DNA of 64,000 nt, taken from NCBI RefSeq assembly GCF_009914755.1, contig NC_060936.1. One strand, 5' to 3'. The DNA is from the human T2T-CHM13v2.0 reference genome, Homo sapiens. The stretch's first letter is position 1, and each line of letters starts with the position of its first letter. A model generated the notes under the pieces. That model ran no database searches. It was not told where the DNA came from and saw nothing but the letters and a program-made list of their open reading frames with translations. Below are positions 1-14,100 of the stretch, one piece after another. The translations under genes were made by a program, and so were the position numbers.

Positions 1-310
<310 letters not shown>

Positions 311-324
311 TATAATAGGTCTTT

Positions 325-1125
325 TAATATTCTTTACTAATATTGTGAATATCTTTGTTATTTCTCCGTCTGTTTCTACCATTTTTTTCTTGTTTATGGG
401 TCATATTTCCTACTGTGTATGTGTGTATGTGCATGTGCACATATTCATGTGTGTAATAATTTTTGAAGCTCCTGTTTAAAATGTGAGACCTTTTTGGCAG
501 GAAGTAGCATTCAGGTTAGTTTGTTCCTCTTTATGGCATTATCTAATAACCTTTATTTTAGCACTTATTTATCCCTGCCTCTAAGATATGGCTCTTCTGA
601 GATCTCTATTAAGTCTCAATGAGTTCTTTCTACTCTAGCTTAAGAGAACTAGAATGGCCTCTGGCCCAGTGGGAATTCTGGGAATTGTTCTTCTTATGGC
701 TCCTTGATAATTGTTTTTTTCCACAGAAAGTAACCTTGTCCAGACATGGAATTTCACCTATAATATGCACAGATTTGAGCAAAAACTCAAAAGGAACCCA
801 GCGCATATTACCGGAGCTCCTTCTAACCTTAGGAATTCCATCCCACAAAACTCTCATGCCTTATCCTCCCCAAATGCTGATCTCTGTCTCCTCAACTCAG
901 TCAGATTGCTGGGTTACTCCTCATTGAACCTCAGTCCTGGAATTATCTCCAGGTAAACAGCCTAGAAAAACCTTACTTTTCTTTTCTCAGGAATAATAAT
1001 CCTGTGCTACCCATTGTCCAATGTCTAAAAGTAGCCATTTTCTTTTCCCCCTTCCAATTTTCTAGTTATTTATGGTGGGAGGGTAATTTCAGATTGCCAC
1101 ACTCCCTCATGGCTGGAAGTGAAAG
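325..1125 (-). mobile_element. Probable ancient L1 (L1M/L1ME-type) fragment
   Basis: Resembles antisense old-L1 5' region by eye, ending ccctcatggctggaagtgaaagt. Confidence 0.45.
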
Positions 1126-1149
1126 TATCACAATTTTTGTTTCTAATGT

Positions 1150-1720
1150 TCAAATCAGATCATATAGTTCCTGCTTATAAACCTTCAGTGGCTTCATATT
1201 ACACATGAAATTAAATCCAGTCTTTACCCTGGCCTCTAAAGAAAGATATACATTATCTGGTGCCTGTCTTTTTTTCTGACCTTGATTTCTATCAATCTTC
1301 CCTTGCTCACTATATTCTAGCCACATTTGCTTGCTTTCTGCTCTACACTTCCATACTGGAGCCCTTCACCTTGCTGTTAACCCTTCCTAGGGTAATTCTA
1401 CCATAGAAGAGGCCATCACATAGGGGGCATCCTCTTGTCATTTAACCTCGGTTCAAACTTTACCTTCTCAGTAATGGCTTCACTGAACACACAATACAAA
1501 TTAGCTATTCATCCAATCACCTTTCATTAAAAGATCCCATTTTATTTTCTTAATAGAAATTACTACTGTCTAAAATAATTGTTTATTGATGTGTTTTATC
1601 TGACCACTCCCAGAGCAGAAGATGTAACTGCCATTAGATCTAAGATATGTCTATTTACTCCGGAATATCCACCACCTAGAAGAGTGTCTGCATATACTAG
1701 GTACTCAATATGTGTTGAGT
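1150..1720 (+). mobile_element. L2 3' fragment
   Basis: caaatcagatcat...aaccttcagtggcttc...taggtactcaata...gttga, typical of L2 3' ends. Confidence 0.8.
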
Positions 1721-3222
1721 TACATATTGTTTATTTTTAATGAAAATTCAGAACATAGAGATAGGCTTGTGACCTCGATTGATAAGAAAAGATGGTGCGG
1801 GAATTGAGCCCTTAACGTTGCCACTGCCCTGTCTTTCTAATTGTTCTTTCTTTGCTCCCACTCCTGCTTTATCATCTGCAGCCCTGGCCTAACAGCTAAT
1901 TTGAGAAGACCCAATGATAATGCAGGTTAACTAAGTCTTGGTTGAGTATTTGAGATTTATCTTTATCCAAATTAAAATTGGAATCCTCTTCAATGTCCAT
2001 TTCTAAGAGGGTGATGTGGGAGGGAAGGGAAGTCCTGGGAAGTCCACCTGTTTAGGTTCAGAAAACCTTTCTTTTCCTTTCTCAGATGAAGATATTCCTG
2101 AGTTCAGAGAGAAGGATAGAAAGATGACTTTTATCAAAGCAGTTGCTCCATGCTTATACTATGGAGTCCCTACGACAGCTCTCTGACTTAAAGAAAGGAC
2201 CTGCCTCAAAGAGTCTTCTCCTTCTTCTTCCCAACATGTTGTGAGAAGGTAAAGGAGTGAAGTGGTAAAGTGAGCTGGCAGGTAAGGCAGTAGGGGTAGG
2301 AGGGGCTGGGAGGATGGAACAAGAGTCTGTGTGGCAGTTCTAATCCACTCTTTAAAGCACCTGAGACCCACTATCTGGAAGGCAGAGATTGTCTGTCACT
2401 GTGTCATCAAAAATGAGTTCTGTTAACAAGCTGAATATAGGAGATATTTGACAAAAGCAGGGGACTTTAAAGAAGGATGTATCTAAGGTCAGGGATTATA
2501 ACTTGGGCAGCAACCCAAAACAAAAGCAGGGCACAGTTAGTAAACTCATACTTTTTGTTATGATTGAATAATATGGTTTTTGTGAATTGTATTATAACCT
2601 GTTAGTACACAGACTCTTTCAGCTAAGAAAACTATCAGTACTGCAAAAACTGAAACAAATAAGGTTAAGGTACTCATGCTTCTACTTTGAGAAATAAGTC
2701 TTTTTCAACACATGACTTCTAGATTTATGATCCTGCAGAAATACCCAGAGATACCATTTCTTTCATTTCTTAATGAACATGAGAGTCATAGAGAAACTAT
2801 AGCAAACATAGTAGGAGAAAAAAACAAATGTCCTAATATTCTCTGGAGCAAACACAAGCATTAGCTTTTCTTTCACACATATTAGCTTATCTTTAAAAGA
2901 TCTTATCAGAAGAAGGCCAAATGTATCTGTGTATATATATTGACACACAAAATATGTATCTGTTCTATATTACATTTTATATATATGTACACCCTCCCCA
3001 GCTAAGAAACTAAGCCACAAGATAGCATCAGGCATACATACAGATCAAAAGCCCTGTTAAAGCAGGCTTAATTCACGGGCAACATTTCTGCCTGAATATT
3101 CCTTAAAGAATCTTTTTTCTGCAAGAGAAGAGGAAATAAGGCCTAACAGGAAAAATCTCAATGCATATAACATCGTGGTCATCTGCCCTGCCTTATCACA
3201 GGTACATATGGAAAAATGCAAG

Positions 3223-3641
3223 TGCTGTAGTTTGACCGTCCAAACCTTTGTTGAAATTCGATCCCCAATGTTGGAGGTGGGTCCTAATGGGAAGTGTTTG
3301 GGTCATGGAGGTGGATCTCTCATGAATGGCTTGGTGCCCTCCTCAAGGCAATGAGTGTGTTCTCAATCTATTAGCTGCTGTGAAAGTCACCCTAAGAGCA
3401 GGTTGTTAAAAAGAGTCTTGCACCTTCCTGCTTCCGCTCTCCCACCTCGTGGTCTCTGGACACACCAGCTCCCCTTCACCTTCCACCTTCAGAGGAAGCA
3501 GCATGAAGCCCTGACTAGAAGCAAATGATGGCGCCATGCTTCATGTACAGCCTGCAGAAGTGTAAGCCAAATAATCCTCTTTTCTTTATAAATTACTTAG
3601 CCTCAGGTACTCCTTTATAGCAACATAAATGAACTAAGACA
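3223..3641 (+). mobile_element. MaLR solo LTR (MSTB-like)
   Basis: TG...CA termini, ccccaatgttggaggtggg, ctttataaattac...gaactaagaca; 5-bp TSD gcaag/gcagg. Confidence 0.9.
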
Positions 3642-4899
3642 GCAGGCAAGTTAATTTTCTGATTCTCCATAGAACCAGTACAAGTAAATTCTAAGTTGCC
3701 CCAAATGACAATGACAGAGCTGGGAGAATTCTCAGTGTTTATTAACTGCTGGTGATCCTCTCTTCTAGGATCCCCTAGAAGATGCCAGCTCAGGCCCAAC
3801 AGGCATGGAGTCACAGAAGAGGTTACTAAAACCAAGGGCTATGGAGAGGGAGATTAGCATAATGCCAGACCAAGCAACACTCAATAAATGTGATGGATTG
3901 AAAGGGACTGAAATTGAGTAGGAGAAAGGGAACACGTTAGGAATAGGCAAGGACAGTAGAAGAAGAAAAAGAGGCTCATGTGGGGGAGCCCGGTAACTGC
4001 CACCCACAATTCCCTCTAGACCAATGTCATAGGCCCCTTGTCTGCACCAGGCCAGACCTGGCCGCCTCCTTGGTGAAAGGTTTTTAGTCTCTTTTCTTAT
4101 TCAGCCTTATAAACACTGTGTGCTGACATATCCAGAAACAAATATTAATGTGACTGTTCTTAAGAGAAACAAATCAGCAGGCCCAAAATAAATACAATAA
4201 GCAGTACCCTGTGTTTCATTAGTGTTCTATCATCTTTTCAGGAGAACGTGCCTTTGGAAGAAACACTTTCATATGTCTGTTCCAAAATACAGGCTTCCAT
4301 ATATAGATGGGCTTTTCTTTCTTCCCCTGGTGGTGAAGGGCAGTGGGGGGCAGGGTAGCATGTTTTTGTAAGTTTATTTTTATTTATTGGTGCTGGCCAA
4401 CAGAAGTAGAAGGATAAATTTAAAGAAAGGTGGTGTTTACAAATGAAAATAGAGTCCATGAAAATTTAGCAACTTTCTAAGAACTATGTTTCTTCTTACA
4501 CGTATTTATTCTTATTATGAGAACATTATAAAGCATGCTCATAAATCAAAGAATTATTAAAAAGATACAGAAGAACATTTACATCATCTGTGCTACTTTT
4601 CATTCAGATATAACATTATTTTGGTGTCTATATGTAATCTGCTTTAAATGCTCACATCTTCATAGTACAAACATGTATTCCTCCTCATCTCACCCTTATC
4701 CTCTGAAATATACCACATCAAACATAGTATTCGAGAGTGTACACCTTCCACACTACTACTGAATAAAACCTCCCAGAGTAGAGACCCCTCATGCCCACTG
4801 GATGGGAGTTTGAAGTCTAGAGTCTGTCTGATTTGCCACCCTATTCTCAGTGTCTAGTATAGTGTCTTGAACACAGCAGGCACTCAATAAATATTTGTT

Positions 4900-5285
4900 G
4901 ATTATAATTTTAACCTGCCTTTTTCATGTATTTATAGAAATGACATTTTCCTATTTCATTATTATTCTCTTCTATAACATGATTTTTAATGGTTGCTTAT
5001 CATCCATACCATAATTTAATTTAACCAGCCCTTCATCACTGAACATGTAAAATGTTTCAAATTACTCACCGTGATAACTAATGCTATGATGACCACCTTT
5101 CAAGTAAATATTTTTGCATTGTCATAGGATCAATTTCTGTAAGTTGAATAGCAGTGATGGGTATACATATTTTGAGGCTTTTATTGCCAAACTGTCTTCA
5201 CAAAGGTCACTCCAATTTATATGTTTACCATGAAATTATGAAAGTCTCTATTTCCCTGCACTCACATCAACACTATATATTTTAA
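4900..5285 (-). mobile_element. Old L1 (L1ME-like) fragment
   Basis: tttttaatggttgc...ataatttaatttaacc...ttgccaaactg...tttccctgcactcac motifs. Confidence 0.6.
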
Positions 5286-6349
5286 TTAAAAAAAATCGTC
5301 ATTCTGATGAATAAAACATATCATGAATAAATAGTATGGAGGAACAAAGCGGATCATGTAAAAGTGGCTCTGTATACTGGATGATATACAAATGTTCATT
5401 GTTAAAGTACTTATTACAGTGGTTGGAAGCTTCTTGAGAACAGTGTCTAGCACAGTGCATGACATATGATATGGTATTAAAAATTATCATCCCCTGAACT
5501 GAAAGTAGACAGAGGATGTAGACTTGTATTAACTCATGGGTATATCATCAACCTGAACTAGAAAGATGCCTGATCACTAAAACATCTCACAATTTCAATC
5601 CTTCCACTCAGAGGTAGGTACTCAAACAGGAGAATTGCCAGGCCTGGTCCTCACGAGGAGATGAATACCCTAGAACCTGGCTTAGGACAGTCACAATGGG
5701 CCTCGGAACCTTCTTCCCCTCCATCTCCTCTGCATATTGGCCTTTTGCTTATTCCAGTTTTGCTCTCCAGCCCTTCCCTGATTCCCAAGTCTGGTTCTTT
5801 AAGTTAACTGAGAATGTGTTCTGTTACAAATTCAGGTGTGTTCTCATTAGTTTTCCTGAAGGACCTCTGAGCCCAAGATACTCCACATCTTGAATTCCTA
5901 CTATCTGGCTTATCTCCCACTCTGACCTAAAACGAGGCTGTCATCATGTTGCCACCTGATAGGTAACTTTTAACAAACAGCAGGTGCAAACATGGGACTG
6001 ATAGAAACAAACAACATCCTTGCAACCGAAGGGGCTCAACAGCCCCCACTTCACTCCCATTCCTACCCCATTTTACAGATGCAGAAATGAAGGCCCCAGA
6101 GCATAAGGGACTTTTCCACAGTACCACGGATTGTTAATGGCACAGCAGGTATCACAGGTCCTTCCTACTACCCCAGGATTCCTCCCTAATGAAGATTACA
6201 GATGAAAAAAAAATGAAGGTCATTCCAGCGATGCTTTCTGAATGTGGTCAAAAGTGTGTCATTTGAAAGCTTGCTGCCTCGTGATGTACACATGCCCACT
6301 GCCTACAGAAAAGGTGCAAGGTGAAAACACAGTAGTCTCTTTGCTAACT

Positions 6350-6351
<2 letters not shown>

Positions 6352-6380
<29 letters not shown>

Positions 6381-6668
6381 GAGACGGAGTCTCGCACTGT
6401 CTCCCAGGCTAGAGTGCAGTGGTGCAATCTTGGCTCACTGCAAGCTCTGCCTCCCGTGTTCATGCCATTCTCCTGCCTCAGCCTCCTGAGTAGCTGGGAC
6501 TACAGGTGCCCACCACCACGCCTGGCTAATTTTTTTTTTTTTTTTTTTTTAGTAGAGATGGGGTTTCACCGTGTTAGCCACAATGGTCTGGATCTCCTGA
6601 CCTCGTGATCCACCCTCCTCGGCCTCCCAAAGTGCTGTGATGACAGGCATGAGCCACCATGCCCAGCC
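6352..6668 (-). mobile_element. AluY-like element with T29 tail and expanded T21 middle linker
   Basis: Diagnostic gcaagctc, ttcatgccattctc, cgtgttagcc; TSD ctct(t/t)(t/a)gctaacttc at 6337-6351 and 6669-6683 (one mismatch). Confidence 0.96.
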
Positions 6669-7126
6669 CTCTTAGCTAACTTCTAGAACTAGAAGAGGCT
6701 GTCCACAGGAAGTTCCACCAGCAGCTTTAGCTCAAGCTCCAGCAACACATCAAAGGGCCACGTCATGTTTCACTTACAATGCAGGGTGTCATCTTTGACC
6801 TACATGTGACTGCACCAGTGTTATTTCCCACTCTGGGCCCACATATCAGCAGCCCTGACACTGCCTGGGTTCCCATCATGTCACTGTCTGGCTGCAGTGG
6901 ACCTCGTCCCTGGGTCAACTCTTGTCTTGTTTACCTGGCTAATTGTCTTGGTGCTCTCCCTTCGGCCCTTTCACAGGTGAATATGCAGGGAACAGAGGGG
7001 AAGGTGTGAATGAATTAAATCTGAGAATTTTGTGCCTTTTGTCCAAGGATTTCAGAGATAGCCACTTTATAGCCAAACATTTGGAAGCCATGATTTCTGT
7101 CTTCCAAAAGCAATCACCATCTAAGC

Positions 7127-7306
7127 CAGTAAATCTCAACTTCTGTATATTAGAGTCAACTGGAGAGCATTTAAAAATAATTCTAATGCCCAAGCTGCAC
7201 CCTGAAACAATTACATCAGACTCTTTATGGGAGCGACCCAGGCATCTGTATTTTTTTAAACTCCCCAGGCAATTCCAAAGTGCAGCCAAGTTTGCGCATC
7301 TCTGCT
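7127..7306. mobile_element. MER5A-like hAT-Charlie element
   Basis: tctcaac...aattacatcagactct...caggcatctgtattttt...aaactccccagg...gcagccaagtttg. Confidence 0.8.
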
Positions 7307-8103
7307 CTAAGTGTGGGCCAAGGAGCCTTCTCTAATTGGCCTTCATGTGCCAAGGACAGAGCACCAGCAATTAAAATAAGAAACAGGAGAGTTAAATCGG
7401 TCTTGCTTTTCTCATTCTCTTTCTTTCCCCATTTTTATAACAGACTGTAATTCAACTGGCTCAAAGAGCTATCTACAATCTATGGAGCAGAAATAATCCT
7501 GAAGGAAAGGAACGCCTCCATCCCACAGCCTTCTCTTTTTCTTTTTTTAAAACATTGACCAGTTTTTGTCCTTACCCTCAGATTACAGAGCTTTCTTGAT
7601 TTGAAGTTCATATTTTCCTGGGATCCTAAAATGAGTGGTACAGAAAAAGCTGAGGCGCATGCACCCTCATTTATCCTGAATCCTGTCTATCTTGTGAGCA
7701 TCCCCTAAAGGGAGCACGTGCCTGGGAAGAAGTTTCTGGGAAATAATATTTAAAATCCAAGCCACAGTTGTCTCTTCCTTACCTCTTGCCATTCACAAAA
7801 GGGTTTTACGTAAAACAGAAATTCATTTGCTACCAGCCCAGCCCAGAAAAAAAACAGGCATCAGGAGAAAACCTCACAGAAAGGGCTCTCAGAAGGCCAC
7901 GGAAATGGCAGCCCCACAGACATAGACCCACGTGCAATGGGGAAAAGGATGAGCTTGGAGAGAACATCAGGAAGGCACCCCCTTTAGCCTTCAGACCTCT
8001 CCAGTTCTGGGGACAGGTACTTAAATTAGCATTCTCAGGGAGAAAGGCAGGGATGGATGTAAAGAGGCACAGGAGTTGTATGAGAGGGAAAACATAGCAC
8101 ATT

Positions 8104-8127
8104 AAAAAAAAAAAAAAAAAAAAAAAA
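8104..8127 (+). repeat. Poly(A)24 tract
   Basis: Direct count. Confidence 0.95.
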
Positions 8128-8170
8128 GAAAGCCAGCAGGAATATGTCCTAATTTGGAGAAACAGGCCAC

Positions 8171-8184
8171 ATTGCCATGGCAAC
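8171..8184. promoter_or_regulatory. RFX X-box motif
   Basis: ATTGCCATGGCAAC, 13/14 match to GTTGCCATGGCAAC. Confidence 0.6.
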
Positions 8185-11100
8185 TCTGAATCTCCACAAG
8201 GCAGCCAGGCATGCCTTTAAACATCATGTTAAATAGTTCAACTATGAAGAAGAAGAAAGAAAAGAGTGTAAGGGAGGTTTGAGAGAGGAGGAAGAGCCCT
8301 GAAGCCTGCTGAGGGCCAGAGGGAGAGGCTGCCCAAGGCCCAGCCATTCTTCAAGAGAAATTTCATACAGCGAAGCTGCAAGTCCTGAACTGGATCTTTT
8401 CTCTCTGATCTGGGCAGGTTGGGGACTGCATTTGTATGTAGTTAACCTGTATCTTCAGAAAGATTCTCCCAAAGCCACACAGCTGCCAGCCCAGTACTCC
8501 TCATCCTCTTTTCCAGGGCTGCCAGCCCCACAGCAAACCTGCCTGCCATACTCAGGCCTTTCCCAGGAGACTTGACGGGCATGTGATCTTGTGCCGTTGG
8601 GGAAGTGAACCCAGCAGTCCTGAGGGCTGAGCACAGCAATTATTCGGCCACACCTGTAACCATGCATGGAACACTGGTTAGGAATTCTGGCCTAAGGGGG
8701 AAGAAAAAACATTTTATTTATTCAAAAAATGTAAAAGCCACCTGGAAACCATGCCTAAATGAAGTTATGCCATGTGTGGTCCTTTGGGATCAAGCCAGTG
8801 ATGCTGGCAATTCAGGGAAGAGTTTTCTGCGTGGCTCTGAACCTTTGGAAAATAGGAATAAGAATATAAAACTGTTCTCCCATCTGGAACATTAATTACT
8901 CAAATTATGCACTTAATGTTCAGCATTCATTTCACCCTGCAACTAGTTCTCAATCACATTGCCTTCCACATTACTTTGTCTCTTTTTTCTTTCAGAAGTC
9001 TCTCCCCTAGTCCTTCTGGCCTGTTTGCCTGCTCTGCCTTTCCCCTTTTCTCTTCTGTTGGGACCTGGAGATCTTCTGACAGAGCCCTGTGAGCTGAGCA
9101 GCTCCAGCAGGTGAGGGCCAAGCCAGAAGCTGAGAAGGAGAAGCAAATGGTCCCATGCCTCATGGCACACTCAGATGCCACTGTGAGAAGTGGTGTGTGT
9201 CATAGGTGTCCAGGTAACCTGATGAGCCCCGTACGGCCCGGGGAATGGAGAATGCATTCTTCTCTTAGCTAAACAACAACAATAATAATAGAAGCAGATG
9301 GGTGCACTGCTATCCCCGGGCTCTCTCTTTCTTTTTGTTCATTGGCTTACATCAAATCATTTTCTCTATAGATTTATTCTTAGCACACAAAACTGAAATT
9401 TCCACTTGCTCTGCTGTGCTCTCTCTGAAACTTTCCATTCCATAAACATCCCACAACTCAGAATGAGTCCATCTTATCTGTCCTGTATGGCCCTGACTCA
9501 AGGCAGAGGCCTCAAGGCCTTTAGGGGGCTTCACTATATCCCTAGCTAAAGGAAATCACACCTCTCCCACAAAACACACCCTCTCTTGGCCCTATCTCCT
9601 CCAACCAAGAGCAGATCTTTCTCTGAGACATGTCCTCCTCTACCACTTCACACATGCATGTCCTGGCCCAAACCACAGTCCCCCTGAGTCCTGCATTTCT
9701 GCACTTGTACAACAATCTCTACCTCACAGGATTGTTGGGAGGCATGCATAAAATATCTGTGGGGGAGGGAGGCATGGTGCCTGGCCCATTTGCAGGCTGG
9801 CAATCAGAAGGGCGCCCTTCTCAGCCAAGCATTGGACAGAGTGTTTAGTGAGGTAAGGCATTTCCTTCTATGTTAACCATACATGGCTGGCATTATTCCT
9901 GTTTTAACAGTGAGGAGCCTGAAGTTCCAAAAGGTTAAGTCATTGCCTAAGTTCACACAGACAGGAGCCAGCAAAACCAATTTTGACTTTCAAATTCACT
10001 GTCCTTAACCATGGCCTTCCTCTCGATGGTGGTGCAGGATGTCCAAATAGAAGGGCTTGGGGTTGGCGATCTGTTCAAAAGGCAGGGCTCAGCAGCTGTG
10101 CTGAGGCAGCACCACATAGCAAACACATCTACATTCAACATGTGTATTTATTTGGGATGGCTGCTATGGTGTGGGGAGAGGAAGGGGTTATAGCTGATGG
10201 AAATCTGTGAACAGCTAGAAGCTCCTACCTCCCTGCCTCCCTAGGAGCGGCCATGGGCACACTGCGTTTCTAACAAATGCAAATAAATATTAAATATTTG
10301 TTTAATAGAAAATACCATGCATTCTTTGACTGCAATTTTGCTTTTTCTCTAGTTGGATCTCCATGAATTACCAAGGGATGTAAAGACTTAGAAGAGAGTT
10401 ACAAGAGGAAATGTAAAACCATCCATTTTTACCAAAATTAAATGTGCAAAAGGCTACATATCGGAGGGATGAGGACAGGAAAGAATAAGAGGTAAATAGC
10501 AAATGGGAAAATGAGAAAGGAAAACAAGAAGTGTTTAACAAACACTACTTAAAATTCTCCTCAAGACAAAGCCTGAAGCACAGTCAGCCTCGGCCCAAAG
10601 CACCTGCGTGGTCCATTTTCCACCCTTAAAGCCCCTGATATTCCCTTGGATGCTTCATTCTCTGAGGAAAAAACCCTAGTCTAAATCCATTTGATCCTGA
10701 AAACACAAAGGTCCATATCCGAAGCACCCCAGTCCTTCAGTGTAACCTTTCTTACCTTCCTAGTTCTCTCTCCTTTCCTCAGTTGAATAACCTGCATTTT
10801 AAAAATAACTGAATTATCCATGCATTGTTTTATCACATTACTTCAATGGCCTCTTCTGATTACAGCGCCAACCTTCTGGCCTCCACTTCCTACACTATCT
10901 GTCTCTTCCTGTCTGTCTTTTCTCCCCACCACCCCCCCATCTTATCTATTCCCTTTCCTGTCACCTCTTCAAGGATTAATAGGGTGAAAACACTCATTCC
11001 ATCAGCAGTCACTGATGCTCAGGTGTGGCACAGGAGAATTTCTAACATGGCCTGGAAGCAATCTAATAGGAAGGGCGAGGAAGGGGAGTGGATGGAGAAG

Positions 11101-14100
11101 CCAGATGTCTTGCCCAAGAAATATCTGTATTTCAGGGTGGTGTGTAGAGGAAACTACCAGCTTGCTCCCAGTGCCCTGCTGATGCAAAGCAGCATAAATC
11201 TGCCTCTTCCCCTCTTACGTATTATTCCAGGCACTCCAGCATTCACATACTCATGTTCACTGACAACTGCCCCTCTTGGAAACACTCCACCAGGGAGCTC
11301 ATCAGATAGCAGTCATTTAGCAAGGCCCCCAGTGCCTGAACCACTTTTTTTGCCAGCATATTCACCCATTCACTCTGCCAACACATGGCAAAAGAGGTGC
11401 CACCAAGGACTCTTCTGTTTATAACACCTACTGATCACACTCTGAGGTTAAGTCAGCTCTGGCACTGTGAAGCATACATGTGCAGAAAGGTGAATGAAGC
11501 TACAGCAAAGAATCCGTCATCTCTACAGTAGCCTGGCAGGCTGATTTTCTATCATCTAAAATTAATTATATGGCATAACATGCAGAGACATCCACAGAAC
11601 AAGGGAGACAGGTTGGATCAGGGCTAAGAAGTACCTGAATGAGAGTGATGGAGCCCAGAAGCAGCTTTACCATGATTACTTACACAGAGGAGAGGTTGGG
11701 CTAGAATATTTTCCAGTTGGAGAAAATTTGAAAGTGGTTCAATCAGTGAAATGTAACCACACATACAATCGTCATGGTGAAAATCCCTGAGATGTTTTTC
11801 AGCTCCCTCTAGCCAGAATATGAACAATACCTAATGATTGTGCAGTGCTTATAGCTCAACGAAGCACTCTCATGTATCTCATTTCAGTCATTACATCATC
11901 CATTATTTTATGGACAAAGCAGCTTTGGCTCAGAGAGGTTCAGTGATCTGCCCAAGGTCATGCAGCTGGCAAGAGGCAGAGACAAACGGAAGCCCCAGGT
12001 GTCAGACAAAGGTCTTGTGACTGCACGCCTCAGATTGATGCCACCATGGTCCACAGTGCTCAGAGAAACAAGGACAGGAACAAGAAAGGCCCAAAGAACC
12101 GAGAACAATGTGTGTACTAAAGCCATCCAACAGCATCAATTGACTATAAAAATTCAGCTTCTTTAGTGACTCATAACCAGGTCAAAGCTTTGATTTTATT
12201 GAACGGTCCAGTAAGCTCATTCAATGGACATAAAAAAATCTCCATAATAGAAAATACGCATATGCATGTATATTTATCCCATATAGAAACCATGGGATAT
12301 TTTTATACGTGAATCTTTTGGAATAAAATGTAATGTTTCTCCCCACCTAGCTAGAAGGAGAACAAGTGAGTTTACCTTAGAGTGAGGGATCAAACCACTT
12401 GTAACTCAAAGGGTGAGGTGTGTTTCACTCCATCTCTAAGAGGGCATTATGCATGCCACTACAGTGCGTAACGTACTGCTCTGTTTCAGCCTGTGCCTCT
12501 CAGTTCTGCCCCACCCAGCCCTCCATATCACTGGGGCCAACTTCACTCCCTCTGGATTTTGTTCATTCGGTAGGGATCCAAGCATTCTAGAAACATGGAG
12601 CTGGAAAGGAATTCAAGGTCATTTTGTTGAAAGGAAAAACAGCAGAATAAAATAGGTAAAAATTCCAAGGCTGAGAAACGTGCCTTGGATGCTTACTGTG
12701 CATTAGGAGGTGGCAGTAAATGAATGTATCAGTGCAGGGGACCTTGTGATTCGTAGACAAAGATACCTGATTTAGATCCTGGCTGCCCCTCTTACCTGCT
12801 GGACAACTTTGACAACAACTCAACATCTCTGGGCCCCAGTTTTCTTGTATATAAAATGGGAGTAATAATAATTACCTCACAGGATTATAGAAAAATAAAA
12901 ACAAGATCATTAATGTCATATGTTAATTAATATAATGCAATTAAATAATATAGCCACTGTAATAAAATAAAAAATAAAGCACACAGCAAAGTACCTGATC
13001 AGTTCCAGTTAGGTTACTTTCTACCTTTTACCTGTCTAAAAATCACTGGATGTTTCTTTATTGATTGGTTCCAAAAATACTACTACATAGCTGACTTTTA
13101 TCTTTCGTATGCTACATTCTCTGAGTTTTTTGTTGTTGGTGGTGATGGTGGTGGTGTTCTCTCTGAGCCCTGAATTGTTTGTCCTATCATTTTTTACATA
13201 TTTCTAAAAATATAAGAACTCCTTCAGCTCCATTCTCCAGAGGGCAGAAACAAGAAGTAAAGAAAAATTGTTCCTCACTATGAGTATGAATAACGCCCTA
13301 TAGCCATGTGTTTATTAAGTAATCATAGTTTTCCTCTTTTTACAAATATATATTGGAGCAGCATGAGATTCCTGTACATCAATGATATGACATGATATTA
13401 ACTCAAAGCAAAGAAACATATTTTTCTTAGCCTAAGCAGCCTAGTTGTAGATAAATGTGAAGTTATGTTGGGTTTTGTAACACTAAAGACAACTTGATGA
13501 GCCCCAGGAGATGCAATTCTCATTGTATGGCTGAAGAAGCTGAGACCTAATGAATGATTTATCCAAGATCACACAGCTAGCCATGCCGGAGCCTAAACTC
13601 TAACCCAGTGTTTCTAACTCTCAGATAAGCCCTCTTACCTCTGTACCACACTTTTGATATAAACTTCCAACCAGAAAGTTGTGTAGATTCTATTTTCTCA
13701 GATTATTGATGAATATGTCACACGGGACAGAAATAAAAGGCTCGCTAAAGTCAAGACACAGTACATTGATCACTTCCCCCGCAATCCCGGAACCTCATCA
13801 GTCTGTCACTGCTGGAGATGATGATATCCCATAGGACCTCAGTGCCACACTTTTCACTGTGCTGTAATTTCTGTCAGAGAAACAAGACACGAGCAGAGCC
13901 CTTACCTGTCAGGCTCTAGCCTAACAGTTCAGGGGACGCATCTCGATCCACAGCTCTTAGAAGCAATTTCCTTGGAAACACTGTCTCTAGCAACAATATC
14001 TACACCAGTGCTTCCCAAACACTAGCCCATGGATCAATGACAATCCATGATAAAGTTATCACTGGCCCACAGAAAAATGAGAAAAATAAAAACAATGTAT

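Noticed and set aside
10825-11424. Longest ORF in the track (199 aa)
   Set aside because: TTG start, low-complexity S/P/L composition, no recognisable domain; compatible with chance in 64 kb.
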